Of a stretch of DNA of 64,000 bases, positions 40,501 through 51,480 are shown in pieces. Position 1 is the first letter of the stretch. Every line of letters starts with the position of its first letter. The translations under genes and the position numbers were made by a program. The stretch covers positions 248,001-312,000 of the forward strand of contig JBEWZL010000163.1 of assembly GCA_045837725.1 (NCBI GenBank), read 5' to 3'. The DNA is from Vermamoeba vermiformis (Eukaryota). The notes under the pieces were generated by a model. It ran no database searches, was not told the DNA's origin, and saw only the letters and a list, made by a program, of their open reading frames with translations.

Positions 40501-42188
40501 TGACAGACCACATGGGCCAGTTTATCAACGCCTATGCTCAAAAGTTGTTTGCCCCTATTGTCCGTGCCCTTGTCCTTCGATTCGTCAAAACACGCATGCC
40601 GCTCAATGTGGACATGTCAGCTGTCAGCGAACAAGCATTGAAGACCTCACTTTTGACCTGGATTCAGACAAACTCCGTCACCGTGCCTTACGCTGATCAA
40701 TTGACCAAGACACTTTCGGATGTTTCAAACTGTCGTGACGCGTGGAGATTAGCTGCTAACGTAAGATCATATCATTTTGTATCTCGCCCAGTGCTAACAT
40801 CAATGCAGGAGAAAACTACGCTGCTCACCCAAGTTCCCAAGCTCGAAGCAGAACTTACGAAGACTCGTCTCGAATATGCTCAGTTCACGTGGATGCACGA
40901 AGAGTCACTCAAGTACGAGAGTGCCGATGTCAGTTCACAAGCCCTCATGCGCTCAAAGCTGCTGGAAAACCTTACGACCAATGTTCAAGCAATTCAGAAC
41001 ATTGACAAAGCGATCCGCGAGTGCAACAAGTCTCACAACGACTTGGAGACTGAAGTGCTCAAGGCTATGCAGTGGCACTACGGTCAGTTCACTCCTAAAG
41101 GCAAACAAGTGAGCGAACATCCGACCTTGAAGACTTTCCAAGAGGCGATTCAGTTGCGCAGACAAATGGTTACTTTGTTGTTCGATAAGGTCAAGAACGT
41201 GAGTGACCTCTGCATTGCCATTGTGGACTTGGAAACATCGCGTGCCCCTCCCAAGAGCAAGAGTCCGTTGGCCATCAACACTGCTCATCAGACTTACTTC
41301 CAACTCGCGCAACAGTACTACCTGAGCGCTCACTCATTGCACCAGTTACGCACTGAAATCGACGAAACAAAGAAGAATACTGAGCAACTGAGCAAGGACC
41401 ACAAAGAGCTCTCGAAGACAAGCGCTGAGTTGAACTCTGAAGTGGCCAACTTGTCAGCTGTCATTGGCGATTACCAACAGAAGTACAACAGCAACAAAGG
41501 CATCGTCAAGACTTCGCTTAATCACGTGCAAAACGCATTTGACGGCTACACACAATTCTCCAATGAAGTTGAGTCATTGTTGAGTAACATTGTGAACATT
41601 ACCGACGAGAAGTGGGAGTCCGTAGCTCAAATGCACGCAGTCGCCAAGAAGTTGCAACGAAACTTGAAGTCGCTCGTGGCAGACTTGGAGACGTTCCTTA
41701 AAATGGCGAGTGATTTCCTGGCATTGACTGACCACGATGATAAGGTCGGTGGTGACAACCAAAAGTCAGTCGATAACATCAGAGTAAGTACAACGGGCAA
41801 GCTCATTGCTGCGATCAGTATTAACCGCAACTTTCCTCAGTCCCGCGCAGACAAACTCGTGGCCTTGGAGAACAAGATTGGTCAGCAAGTCAATGAGCTC
41901 GTGGCACAGAGCTCTGACTGGCAAGCACAGCAGTCTGACGGCCCACTCACTCAGAACTCGCAAGAGCAATCAGTCGATGACGCAGAGCAATCAGACAAGC
42001 CTCGTGCCTTGATGAAGAACTCGACTGCTTTGAGCATCTTGAAACGAGTGCGCGACAAGCTTGAAGGTCGTGACAAGTCGGGCGAGAAGAAGTGGTCCAT
42101 CCCCGAGCAAGTAGAATGGACTATTCACGAAGCCACTTCCCTCGACAACTTGGCACAACTCTACGAAGGCTGGACTGCTTGGATCTAA
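31592..42188 (+). CDS. SMG1: PIKK-family Ser/Thr kinase SMG1 (NMD), 13 coding exons
   Basis: HEAT region with DVMDILIGW and KLRTPLG. Kinase motifs LPTKTRPRKL, YLLKGREDLHLDERMMQ and GLGDRHLDN...HIDYNVCFEKG. A long insertion follows, then the SMG1-type FATC EATSLDNLAQLYEGWTAWI. Confidence 0.96.
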
Positions 42189-42385
42189 AAGGATTACTTT
42201 TTGTTACTTCAGCCGTTGCTTCACTGCAACTTACCTGTGCGCTAGCGCCGTGCTTAATCGAGCGGAACAGAACACTACATCAGTTACATACACTCGGCAC
42301 ATCAATCATAATTACACACAGTTCCAGTGCACGTCAAATAAACATAATTTTTATCGTCACTATTTACATTCTATTCTACAAGCAG

Positions 42386-42726
42386 CTACATGAATGAGTT
42401 ATTAAATTTGGCGTTAAATCTCCACTCATCTTCCTTCACATCACGCACCTTCTTGCGCAAAAATTGTTGCATGTCTTGCACGAGCTCTGTAGATTGGGTA
42501 AGCCCTTGAATTGAGGAACAATTTTAATTATTTTTACCTTGCTCTACGACGGCAATTACGTCAGGAGTTATGAATGTGGCTTCTTTCTGACGCACGTACT
42601 CGTCAATTTCTGTCGATCAGGTCAGCAATAACGTTTAAACAATTCAAAAAATACTGCTATCTTACCGGGCAACACGACCTCTGTCGATGATCTAAGTGCT
42701 ACTGGTGCTAATTGTCTTCGAGCCAT
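42386..42726 (-). CDS. 77-aa three-exon microprotein, APC16-like C-terminus (not in ORF track)
   Basis: Exons 42666-42726, 42538-42609 and 42386-42486, joined by two GT-AG introns, give an open product MARRQLAP...FLRKKVRDVKEDEWRFNAKFNNSFM*. EDEWRF resembles recalled human ANAPC16 ELEADEWRF. Confidence 0.7.
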
Positions 42727-43031
42727 TGTTATTCAAATTTAAAATTGCTTTTTGGCGGGCTAACGAATCTACAGACAAACGCCGTGGATCTACCCCACTT
42801 GAATTGCTTCGTTAGTTTATCGCGACGAAGGTGCGAAATATGGTCTACGTGAAAGATTGAGGCCAAATATCGCAGGTATTTCGCTGTAACGTTTCGAAAT
42901 CATTTTGACAGTCAAATTTAGCTTTTTATTTTTTCGAGGCCAAATTTGTCTGTAGGATTCGTTGATTATCGCGCAGTCTGTTTACGTGGACACCACGTAG
43001 CTATATTGTATATTATATAACCACCAATAGA

Positions 43032-44255
43032 ATGAATAAATTGGGTGAATTTTTCCAGACTCGTCGATCAAAGCGAGGATTGCACAAAGAAACCGTGCCA
43101 TTTCCACCACTTTCAGCCGAAGAAGAGAAAGAAATTAAAGATAAATTAGGCATTGAACCCACAGCTGATTTGGAAGCCACAGTCAGATCTACTCTACGTA
43201 AAATTAAGCAAGTGGAAATTGAGGAAGGTGCAACCGGAGACGAGGATTATGAAGAAATAGGCACAGTGCGTATTAAGGGCATGCCTGATGGAGATAAATT
43301 TGGCACAATAAGGCGGAAGAAAGTGCAACAAGAGGAAGATGAGGATTGGTCCGGTACTGTCCGAATTTATTCAGATCCGCAAGCTTTCTTTAGCGATGAT
43401 AGAGCCACGAGTGAAGATAAGACAGACGATACAGATACTGGCGATGATCAATATGGCACAATGCGCGTCAGACACGACTCGTCAGATGAGGACGAAGAGG
43501 TTGATAAAAAAGAGGACAAGACTGATAAAAAGAATAATAGACCCAAAAGAAAGCCATTCAGCAAGCGCGTTAAAAAGAACGAGCCTCAATTTGTGTATAG
43601 GTTAGTAACGAATTTGTACAAATTTATTCTTCCGGATCTTGGTTAATGAAAAAATCTGTGTAAATTACAACTTATAGCTATGCCTTTAAATTAATTTATT
43701 ATGATATTTAGACCCCCTGAAGAGTGGGAATTAAATATTATTGCAATCGAGCGAGGCGAATGGAGCGAGCATATGTCAGAAGAGGCTTTCAGAAAATACA
43801 AAAAAGAACGACCAAAATTAAAAGACTGCGCATTTTTAGTCGAAGAAGAAGAACAAAGTACTAGTAAGTCCTTAATATTTAAAGTTTACGGCTTTTTTTA
43901 TGTTGAGATTTTTTCGTTTTATGGCGGTGGATCTACAACTAACGTATTTTTGACGAATAACCGACAATTTAATATCAATGATCGTAATTATATTATATTA
44001 GTATAATACTGACCCTTCGAATCAGATCCAATGGCGTCAATCTTTGCCGGCAATAATAGTCAACCCGCACCCCGCAGAAGTTCAGGCACGGTACTTGGAG
44101 CGCAACGAATGAAAGAACATTCCAATGAGGATAATAGCGATAAGAAGAGCACTCTGACAAATTCGAGCGGTACATCCGTCGATCCAGTGCAAGGACAACG
44201 AGCATTTGCTGCGATGAAGAAGGCTGGCGCCGCTGTAAACATCAAAAAGAAGTAG
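43032..44255 (+). CDS. Uncharacterised, largely disordered protein with repeated (G/A/S)T-[VILM]-R motifs; introns 43601-43712, 43864-44025
   Basis: Three ORFs join in frame across two GT-AG introns. Acidic/basic low-complexity sequence with no recognised globular domain. Confidence 0.75.
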
Positions 44256-44606
44256 TTCCAGGCCCACGATGGCGCTATTAGGGTTAGATAGCTTGTAATA
44301 TAGTCGATTTACCATTTTGACCGTGAGTCTTGCTGCTTTAGGTTTGCGAACTTAGCCGATCGCGAATCTAACTGCTCGACCTCGCTTTTACTTTGTTTAT
44401 TTGTAAGGAAATAAACACTTGGTCGCTTGTACATTTTAGCTAAAATACGAGCACTAATATCCCCCTTGTTATTGTTCTTTGTGGATCTCCAGCAGAAATT
44501 TATTTGCGAAAGCAGCGAATTATTGTTTCGTCCTTTTTGCCTTTTGACACGAACACCAGTGTCTATTACGTTATAGTTGTGCAGAGGAACGAGTAATACA
44601 ATAGAA

Positions 44607-46504
44607 ATGGACCCACCGAAAGATCGCATATATTTTGGCAGCATCGAGTTGCAGGCCCAAGAGCGCATGGTAATTTTATTTTAATTATTTACAACATTTA
44701 CAAACATAATTATCGTTGATTAGCTATGCAGAGAAATAACTCGATATTTTTTTTATTTTCATTTATTATTTTCCTACGGTAATCAGCTATATCTTGCAAT
44801 TAATCTGGATATTTTGTAATTGATTTTTTTAATTTAGCAACAAGGAGATGCTGGTGGTGACGATGACAGCGGTGATGACGATATGCCCATGCGAGATCTG
44901 AGTCTGTTGCCCTTCAGCGAGAAGACAGAAGAAGAGATCAGAAAGCAACAAGAAATGCTCAATCAACTTGAAATGGACAAAAAAGCGCGTGAGATAGTAG
45001 TGCCCACGAGTGACGAGCTCGTCATTGAACGATTGCGCGAACTCGAAGAACCCATCATTTTGTTCGGTGAAACGGTAAGACATTGTTGAATTAAATCATT
45101 ATAGTGGCATATTATTAATATAGTCCTCGAGTAGAAACCAGAGCGACGAGCACGTCTAAAGAAAATTCTCGTGTCACGTGGTATCACTGAAGGCATGCCA
45201 GCAGCAGTGCGAGTATTGCAAGCGACACACGGAGGAGGATTTGGACCTGATGAGGCGTGGTTTTATGAAGGCACTGAGGAGCTACTTGAAGCACGCAAAT
45301 GGATTTTGAATTATTCGCTGAGCAGAGCTAAAGAACGCGTGGCAGCTGAGAAGGCTAAAAAGGATCAAAAATCAGGTGACGCGATGGTCGATGTTGGACA
45401 AGAGGACGGCGAGTCACCGCAGAGCAGAGAACGATTGTACACCGATTTAAAGGTAAGAGAACACTAGCGATTGCCAGTCCTTCAACCACGTTCTAATATC
45501 TAGTATTTGCATTACAGAAATTCACACAGAACTCATCCGAAGTCGGCGATGAGCGCACAGTCTCGTCGTGTTCATTCTCGCCTGATGGCAGTCACTTGAC
45601 TACGTGCTCGTGGAACAATTTGATCAAAGTGTGGGATGTTGAGACACTGCAGTGCGTCAAAGAGATTCGTGCGCACAAAGAACGTATTTCACACGTGACC
45701 TATTATCCCTATGGCAATCCAGTCATCAATTACGGCATCAAGCCTGAAGAAGCTGCGGAGAACACAGCACCCAGAACCCTGGACTTGGCCTCGTGTGCCG
45801 CAGACAACACGATCAAGTTGTGGAACTCGACTAGTGGCACAAGTCTCGCGACACTGACTGGCCACAACGACCGTGTCTGTCGCTTGGCATGGCATCCGAG
45901 TGGCAAATACTTGGGCTCTACTAGCTTCGACATGACGTGGATGTTGTGGGACCTCGAGACAGGCAAGTGTCTCTTGGAGCAAGAAGGGCACTACAAACCT
46001 GTCTACGCCATTGCATTCCAAGGCGATGGTTCGCTAGTGGCTACTGGTGGTCTCGACTCGATTGCAAGATTATGGGACTTGCGCTCAGGCAAGCCAATCT
46101 GGAACATGCGCGGTCACGTGAAACAAATCTTGGCCGTGGACTGGGCACCCAATGGCTATCAAGTGTTGACGGGCAGTGACGACCACACACTGCGCATATG
46201 GGACTTGAGGAAGAAGAGCTCAATCTACATCATCCCCGCGCACACCTCACTGATCTCCAGCGCGAGATATCAACCCAAATATGGCAACTACGTGGTGAGC
46301 AGTTCGTACGACAAGACCATCAAGCTGTGGTCCATGCAGGACTTCAGTCTCATCAAAGTGCTCAAAGGCCACGGCGACAAAGTCACGCACGTGGAGCTCT
46401 CGCCGCGCAGCAGTGAGCACTCGCAAGCCCCTGCGCTCTTCGCTTCCACATCGTTCGATCTGACGTGGAAGACGTGGAAGATTGATCACTCCGTCACCGT
46501 CTAA
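44607..46504 (+). CDS. PRPF4: U4/U6 snRNP WD40 protein Prp4, 4 exons
   Basis: RIYFGSIE; PRP4-like motif VPTSDELVIERLRELEEPIILFGE..ERRARL; WFYEGTEELLEARKWI..YSL; SEVGDERTVS; WD40 repeats (WHPSGKYL, LEQEGH, LWDLRSG, GSDDHTLRIWDLR). Confidence 0.95.
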
Positions 46505-46797
46505 ACATCAGATCTGGGCATTGTTTTTTGCTCATTTCTCCCTTGTAATTAAATAATTCCGTTTCGCGTCCATTGTCGTCGTCTAAATATGGCTTTTTGT
46601 CCTGTTCTGTTGCTCGATCCAGATATTTTTTGTTCGATGATATTTCCATAGCAATTGTATTTTGATATTTTTAAATTTATTAACATTGATAATATTAGTT
46701 AAATAGCGAGCAATGGTACATAGATTAATATTACCAAATTATTTTCACAAGGTTAGATGTACATGTTATTCTCGTTTCTCTTGCTCTTGTTATCATT

Positions 46798-47260
46798 TTA
46801 ATGTTCGCCCTAATATTATATTAGTATGTGGATATTTTATATTACTAATACACGATGCTAGTATCAATATAACGGCTACTCTACTCATATTAAAATCAAA
46901 ATAATTTTGAAATTGTTATAATTGATTCAACGCGTCAAAAATTAATAATAATGCCCGTATAATTACATTATTTCGTTATATTGCATATAGATATTTTTTT
47001 GAGCTTACCAAAAACACTGATCTCCAATCTTTTCGCAATCTGTAGAATATCCAGAACCACATTGTAGCGCCAACAACAACAGCAGATCGCTTGTGGAAAG
47101 TCGATACATGAGGAGGCTTCCAACCACCATAAGGCTTGCGGCTAGCAGGCTCAAAGGTAGCTGTGTGATGGTGATCGTGAGCAGCGTGATGTGCTCCGTT
47201 GCCGTGACCATGTGCAGCCTCGTGAGCGTGGCCGTGTCCGTGTGCGTCGTGGTGACTCAT
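46798..47260 (-). CDS. NDUFB2: Complex I accessory subunit NDUFB2 (AGGG)-like; exons 47009-47260 and 46798-46809
   Basis: PPHVSTFHKRSAVVVGATMWFWIFYRLRKDW matches the recalled GAxMWFWxxYRxxxD motif. The 199-nt intron has a tactaat branch and is followed by the terminal micro-exon GEH*. Confidence 0.82.
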
Positions 47261-47616
47261 GGTTGATATCGTCAATAAGAATGGAGAATGAATTTGGCGG
47301 CTGAATTAAATCATTTGAACATTTCCCGCTGGCAGATTCGAACAGACGAGTGTCAACAATGGAGGCACTATAGATTTATACAATATTGTGGTATTAATAA
47401 GGAATTCAGGAGTAAATTGCGTACGGTTGAAACGTTATTACGCACATCCGTAAACCGGCGTAAGTTAACTGTCTATTATATAATTGGGGCCCCATTAATT
47501 TAAAAAATACCAATAATAATATAGTTACGACCAAACTGCTTTAAATTACGTTATTCATATTTTTATTATTTAGCAGATCCGCCCCCAACTTGGTTGTAAA
47601 ATAGCAGAGCTCTAAC

Positions 47617-49432
47617 ATGGAAAATGACTATGACGACTGTGATTGGTATCGCAAGAACGAAGATGGATTGTACTGCATTGAAGTCACAACGAATAGATTT
47701 TCAGATCAAGAATTGCAACGCATAGCACGCGCTATACAAGACAACAATAGACACACTGATAGACTAAGCATATCATGCAACAAATTTTCAGTGGCTAGAG
47801 TCACAGCACTCGTCGAGGCACTCGAGCACAACAGATCTGTCACCGTCTTTTCAATTTTTGAAAGTCAAATTAACGAGACTGTCGCAACTGAATTATGCAA
47901 GGCAATAGAATATGAAAAATGTAGAATACACACATTAGAACTCATGCGCAATCAAATTGAAGATAATGGCGCCAAATTACTCGTGCAGGCATTGAAAACA
48001 AACAAAACTATTACCAAGCTCAGTTTATTAGGCAATATTTATCGATTTAAAACATTCGCGTCTGCAATTAAATATAGCACATCAATACGAGTGCTCAGAC
48101 TGCACTCGGAACGCCTCAAAAATGAAGGGTGCAAAAACCTCGCGGATGTGCTGAAGAACCATCAAACAATAGAAGCCTTGCATGTATTCGAGCCTGATCT
48201 GGCCGAGAGGAGTGTCGCGCAGTTAATAGAAGTGCTGCCAACAGTCAAAGCTCTGACAACTTTTGAACTGGAATATGATGAGTCCTTCGATGACCGGACC
48301 AGCAAACTGCTCGTGACATTGATGAACAGCGGCACACTGACAGCACTCGCTTTGAAGGCTAGATTCGCGTCATCGAGTGCTGCACGTGTGTTGAAGAAGG
48401 CGCTGATGACAAACACCGTGTTGAAGTCGTTGAAACTCGTGTCGAGTGACTTCAACACGGGCGGCAAGGCAGTGCTCAAAGTGATGCAGGCACTCAAAGT
48501 CAACACGACATTGGAGCACTTGAACCTCGCGGGCAATGAATTTGGGGGCGCGGAGTGGGGGCACAAGTTACTGCGCTATTTGAAGCCAAACTCGTAAGTG
48601 ACACGTGTCATGAATTAATGACATCTGGTTCGATTCAAATTAATGCTTGGTGTCAAAAAGTGTCTCGTTCTAACTCGCTTGTCACAGTACATTGAAGTCA
48701 TTGAATCTCTCTTCCACACGCCTACACAACTGCATCCAACCGATTTCAGAACTCATTCGCTGCTCGTCTTCATTGACAGATCTGAATCTGCGCCACAACA
48801 AACTCGAGTACCTCGTCAGTTATGTGGCCGGAGCCCTGCACGATAACACTACACTGAAGAGACTGGCTTTAGGCTACAACGGCGACTTTGGCATTAGTTC
48901 CAAGGCCTTAGCTTACGCACTAAAAACAAATGTAACGCTGCAAACCCTGGACTTGGAGAGCAATTACTTCGAAAAGGAAGTGCTGCACGCGTTGAAGTGC
49001 AACAAGACCATCACACAGCTCAATGCGCGACATATTTTTTGTGGCGGCGATTCAATTATTGGCGTCATGAAGTCGTTGTTAGACAACAATACAACGCTGT
49101 GGAAGATGGACTTTTCCGAGAATGGATTTAGCTGGGACGAAGCACAGCAACTCAACAAGTTGTTGGAACTGAATAGAACGCGCAGAGCTAGCGCTGTTCA
49201 ATTGTTAATGGCAGCGCAAACCATTCTGCTGCCCAACGACCGTGGAATATTCAATGCACTGCCTGACGAGCTGATTGAAATGGTCTTGCGGCACTTTCAG
49301 CTCGAATTCACCACTGCAGCACACAAGATCATTGCACTGGCCTTGGACCGAGAGTTCTTGAGCCCTTCGCGCACGGACTACAGCAGATTTAATCAGTTTT
49401 GGGACTTGGTATTGCAAGCTAACCACGTCTGA
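47617..49432 (+). CDS. Ribonuclease-inhibitor-type (28-aa) leucine-rich repeat protein with C-terminal F-box-like segment; intron 48594-48687
   Basis: Repeats such as ALKTNKTITKLSLLGN, ALKVNTTLEHLNLAGN and ALKTNVTLQTLDLESN. C-terminal FNALPDELIEMVLRHF. Confidence 0.85.
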
Positions 49433-49865
49433 CATTACATCTAGATCGAGCTGAGATCTGCGGATTCATGAACGAAGAAACAGCTAGCTAAGAACGACGG
49501 GTTAATACTTCGCTAAGCGTTACATATCCATAAGAGCTGAACATAGACCAAAGAGGTCATTTACTGGCTCATTTGATCAAGCGAACGGTCTCGAAGACAG
49601 ATCGTGGATTAGCTTCTTTAGCTTGGCCATTTAGCGCATTGTTGGGCGTGCTGATGCTAGTAAGTGCCAGTAATGTTTAGAGCTATCGTATATTTAGATT
49701 GTACCTATTACTTACTATTTTTGGTGCTCAAGTATTTCATCGTTTGCGTTTCAAAGAATGGATTTGTTGGAAGCTCTACTTATCATCATGTGGTTTCGTG
49801 GCTCTTTTATTTCTAAAAATAGTCCATTGTAGCTAACAGCGATCTGCAGCTGTTTCCACGATAAT

Positions 49866-51243
49866 ATGAAACTTTTGTTGATTCTGCTGGCAGTTGCCGC
49901 GATCTTGGTGGTAAGATTGACTTAAGCATAGTTAACAATTATTTTAGGGTTTAATACATCAGCTATGCTAAGCATCAACTATTATTATCCTACACAAAGG
50001 TAAACTGACGATATTTTCAGATCGAGGCCAAAACACCCACATTCTATGCCAGGAATATTGTTCAACAGCAACAATACGCATATTATTACGTTGTTCAGTC
50101 GATCGATGTAAAAACTGGAGCAACAGGAGATATTATGCCGACTTACCTTATCATGGGCGAGCCTGTGTAAGTTCTCTTCAAAGATTACAACATTTCTAAT
50201 TTGCGGACTTAAGAGCATATGTTTCGAATATTGCTGATGTTAGTTCGGACGGCATAATGTGCTACAGCGAAGGAGGTGAAAAGATCACGTGCCTAAACCT
50301 CAAAACAAAAACATTATTGCCTATTCTCTACGCAGAACAAGTACCAGGAACAGGAATATCGGAGTGAGTAATCATTATTTAAATTTACGTATTTTCAACC
50401 TGTTCTAATTGGATTCTGTTTACCTGCCAGCATTCTTTTTGATCCAAAAAAGAATCAGTTCCTATGTAAGTAGCAGTAGTATTGTTATCGCGTATTGCGC
50501 ACTAATATAATACAAATCAGTTGTCGGCAACAACGGTATTACTGCAACCTTAACGAGCTATCAGCCTGGATCATTCCCTGAACTGTGTAAGCGAATGTAG
50601 TTGAGTTCTGCATTATTTATTTACCGAAGCATACATAGGGACTGCACTAGGTACCATTCAAAATCAATACTACACTGCTACTGGTACTTTGGACGCGGAG
50701 AATCAGTTCATGTACTGGATTTCATATTTTAGTTCAGACGGCGACAATATAGAATATTATCTCTCATCCGTAAGCGTATTTCTCATATGTGTACGTGGCT
50801 CATTAATTGCAGGCCTCCGTTGATCTGCCTTACCAGCCTTCCTTCCTCGTTAAGCTGGATGTACCGAGCCTCATTACCGTCCAGACTCTTAAATACGATC
50901 CTAAACAGAAAAAATTACTTTTCTTTGCCGGCACTTTAAATTCCGACAACAGTAAGTACTGTTGCTAGCCCGTATTCTTGTTTAACAACCGTTTTTAGCT
51001 GCCGACTTGACGATCTACACCGTGGATCCGACTTACGGAAATTGCACTGCGATAAAGACCGATCTCACTTATTCTACCATTCAAGCTTTCAATTATGACT
51101 ATAACTCTCGGCTGATCTACGCCTTCGCAGATGGACCCACGCCTAATTATCAGTTCTATACTATTGACGCAGTTACTGGTACCACTATCAATGTTGCGAA
51201 TACTAAAGCGAATGTTATGGACCTCGTTATTGTTTACAACTAA
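49866..51243 (+). CDS. Secreted beta-propeller-like protein, tandem paralog A (8 exons)
   Basis: Signal-peptide exon MKLLLILLAVAAILV|gt; FYAR; repeats IDVKTG, VDPTYG, IDAVTG and YD...[KL]L; 35-nt micro-exon 50431-50465. Confidence 0.7.
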
Positions 51244-51480
51244 CGATAAGATCCATGTTTACATTTTGAGTACAATAAAAAATTAATTATTGCCTGCATG
51301 TTATATAAGGAACGATATCGCATAGGAAATTAGACAAGAACATCTAGTGCCTAATTTATCTTATAGATCTTCTAGTCGTTGCTTCAGAGAAGCTGTTGAA
51401 ATTCCGATCTATTCTCTGAAAATGAATATTTTTACTTTTTTTTTTGGACATGTCTTGTTGTATCTTTCGTCCAAAGTAAT

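Noticed and set aside
38640-42000. Very long region between the SMG1 kinase and FATC domains as a possible gene fusion
   Set aside because: A large insertion at this position is the established SMG1 architecture.
3-46504. Apparent cluster of RNA-processing genes (AQR, BMS1, SMG1, PRPF4)
   Set aside because: Interspersed with unrelated housekeeping genes on both strands; the category is large enough for chance co-occurrence.
46533-46601. Alternative NDUFB2 last exon DKKPYLDDDNGRETELFNYKEK*
   Set aside because: No branch-point motif before this acceptor. The nearer acceptor at 46810 has tactaat and gives the family-like VFLGEH.
49603-49665. Hydrophobic stretch ending in gtaagt that resembles an orphan signal-peptide exon of the secreted family
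   Set aside because: No in-frame ATG upstream of the hydrophobic stretch before a stop, and no matching downstream exon; could be chance.
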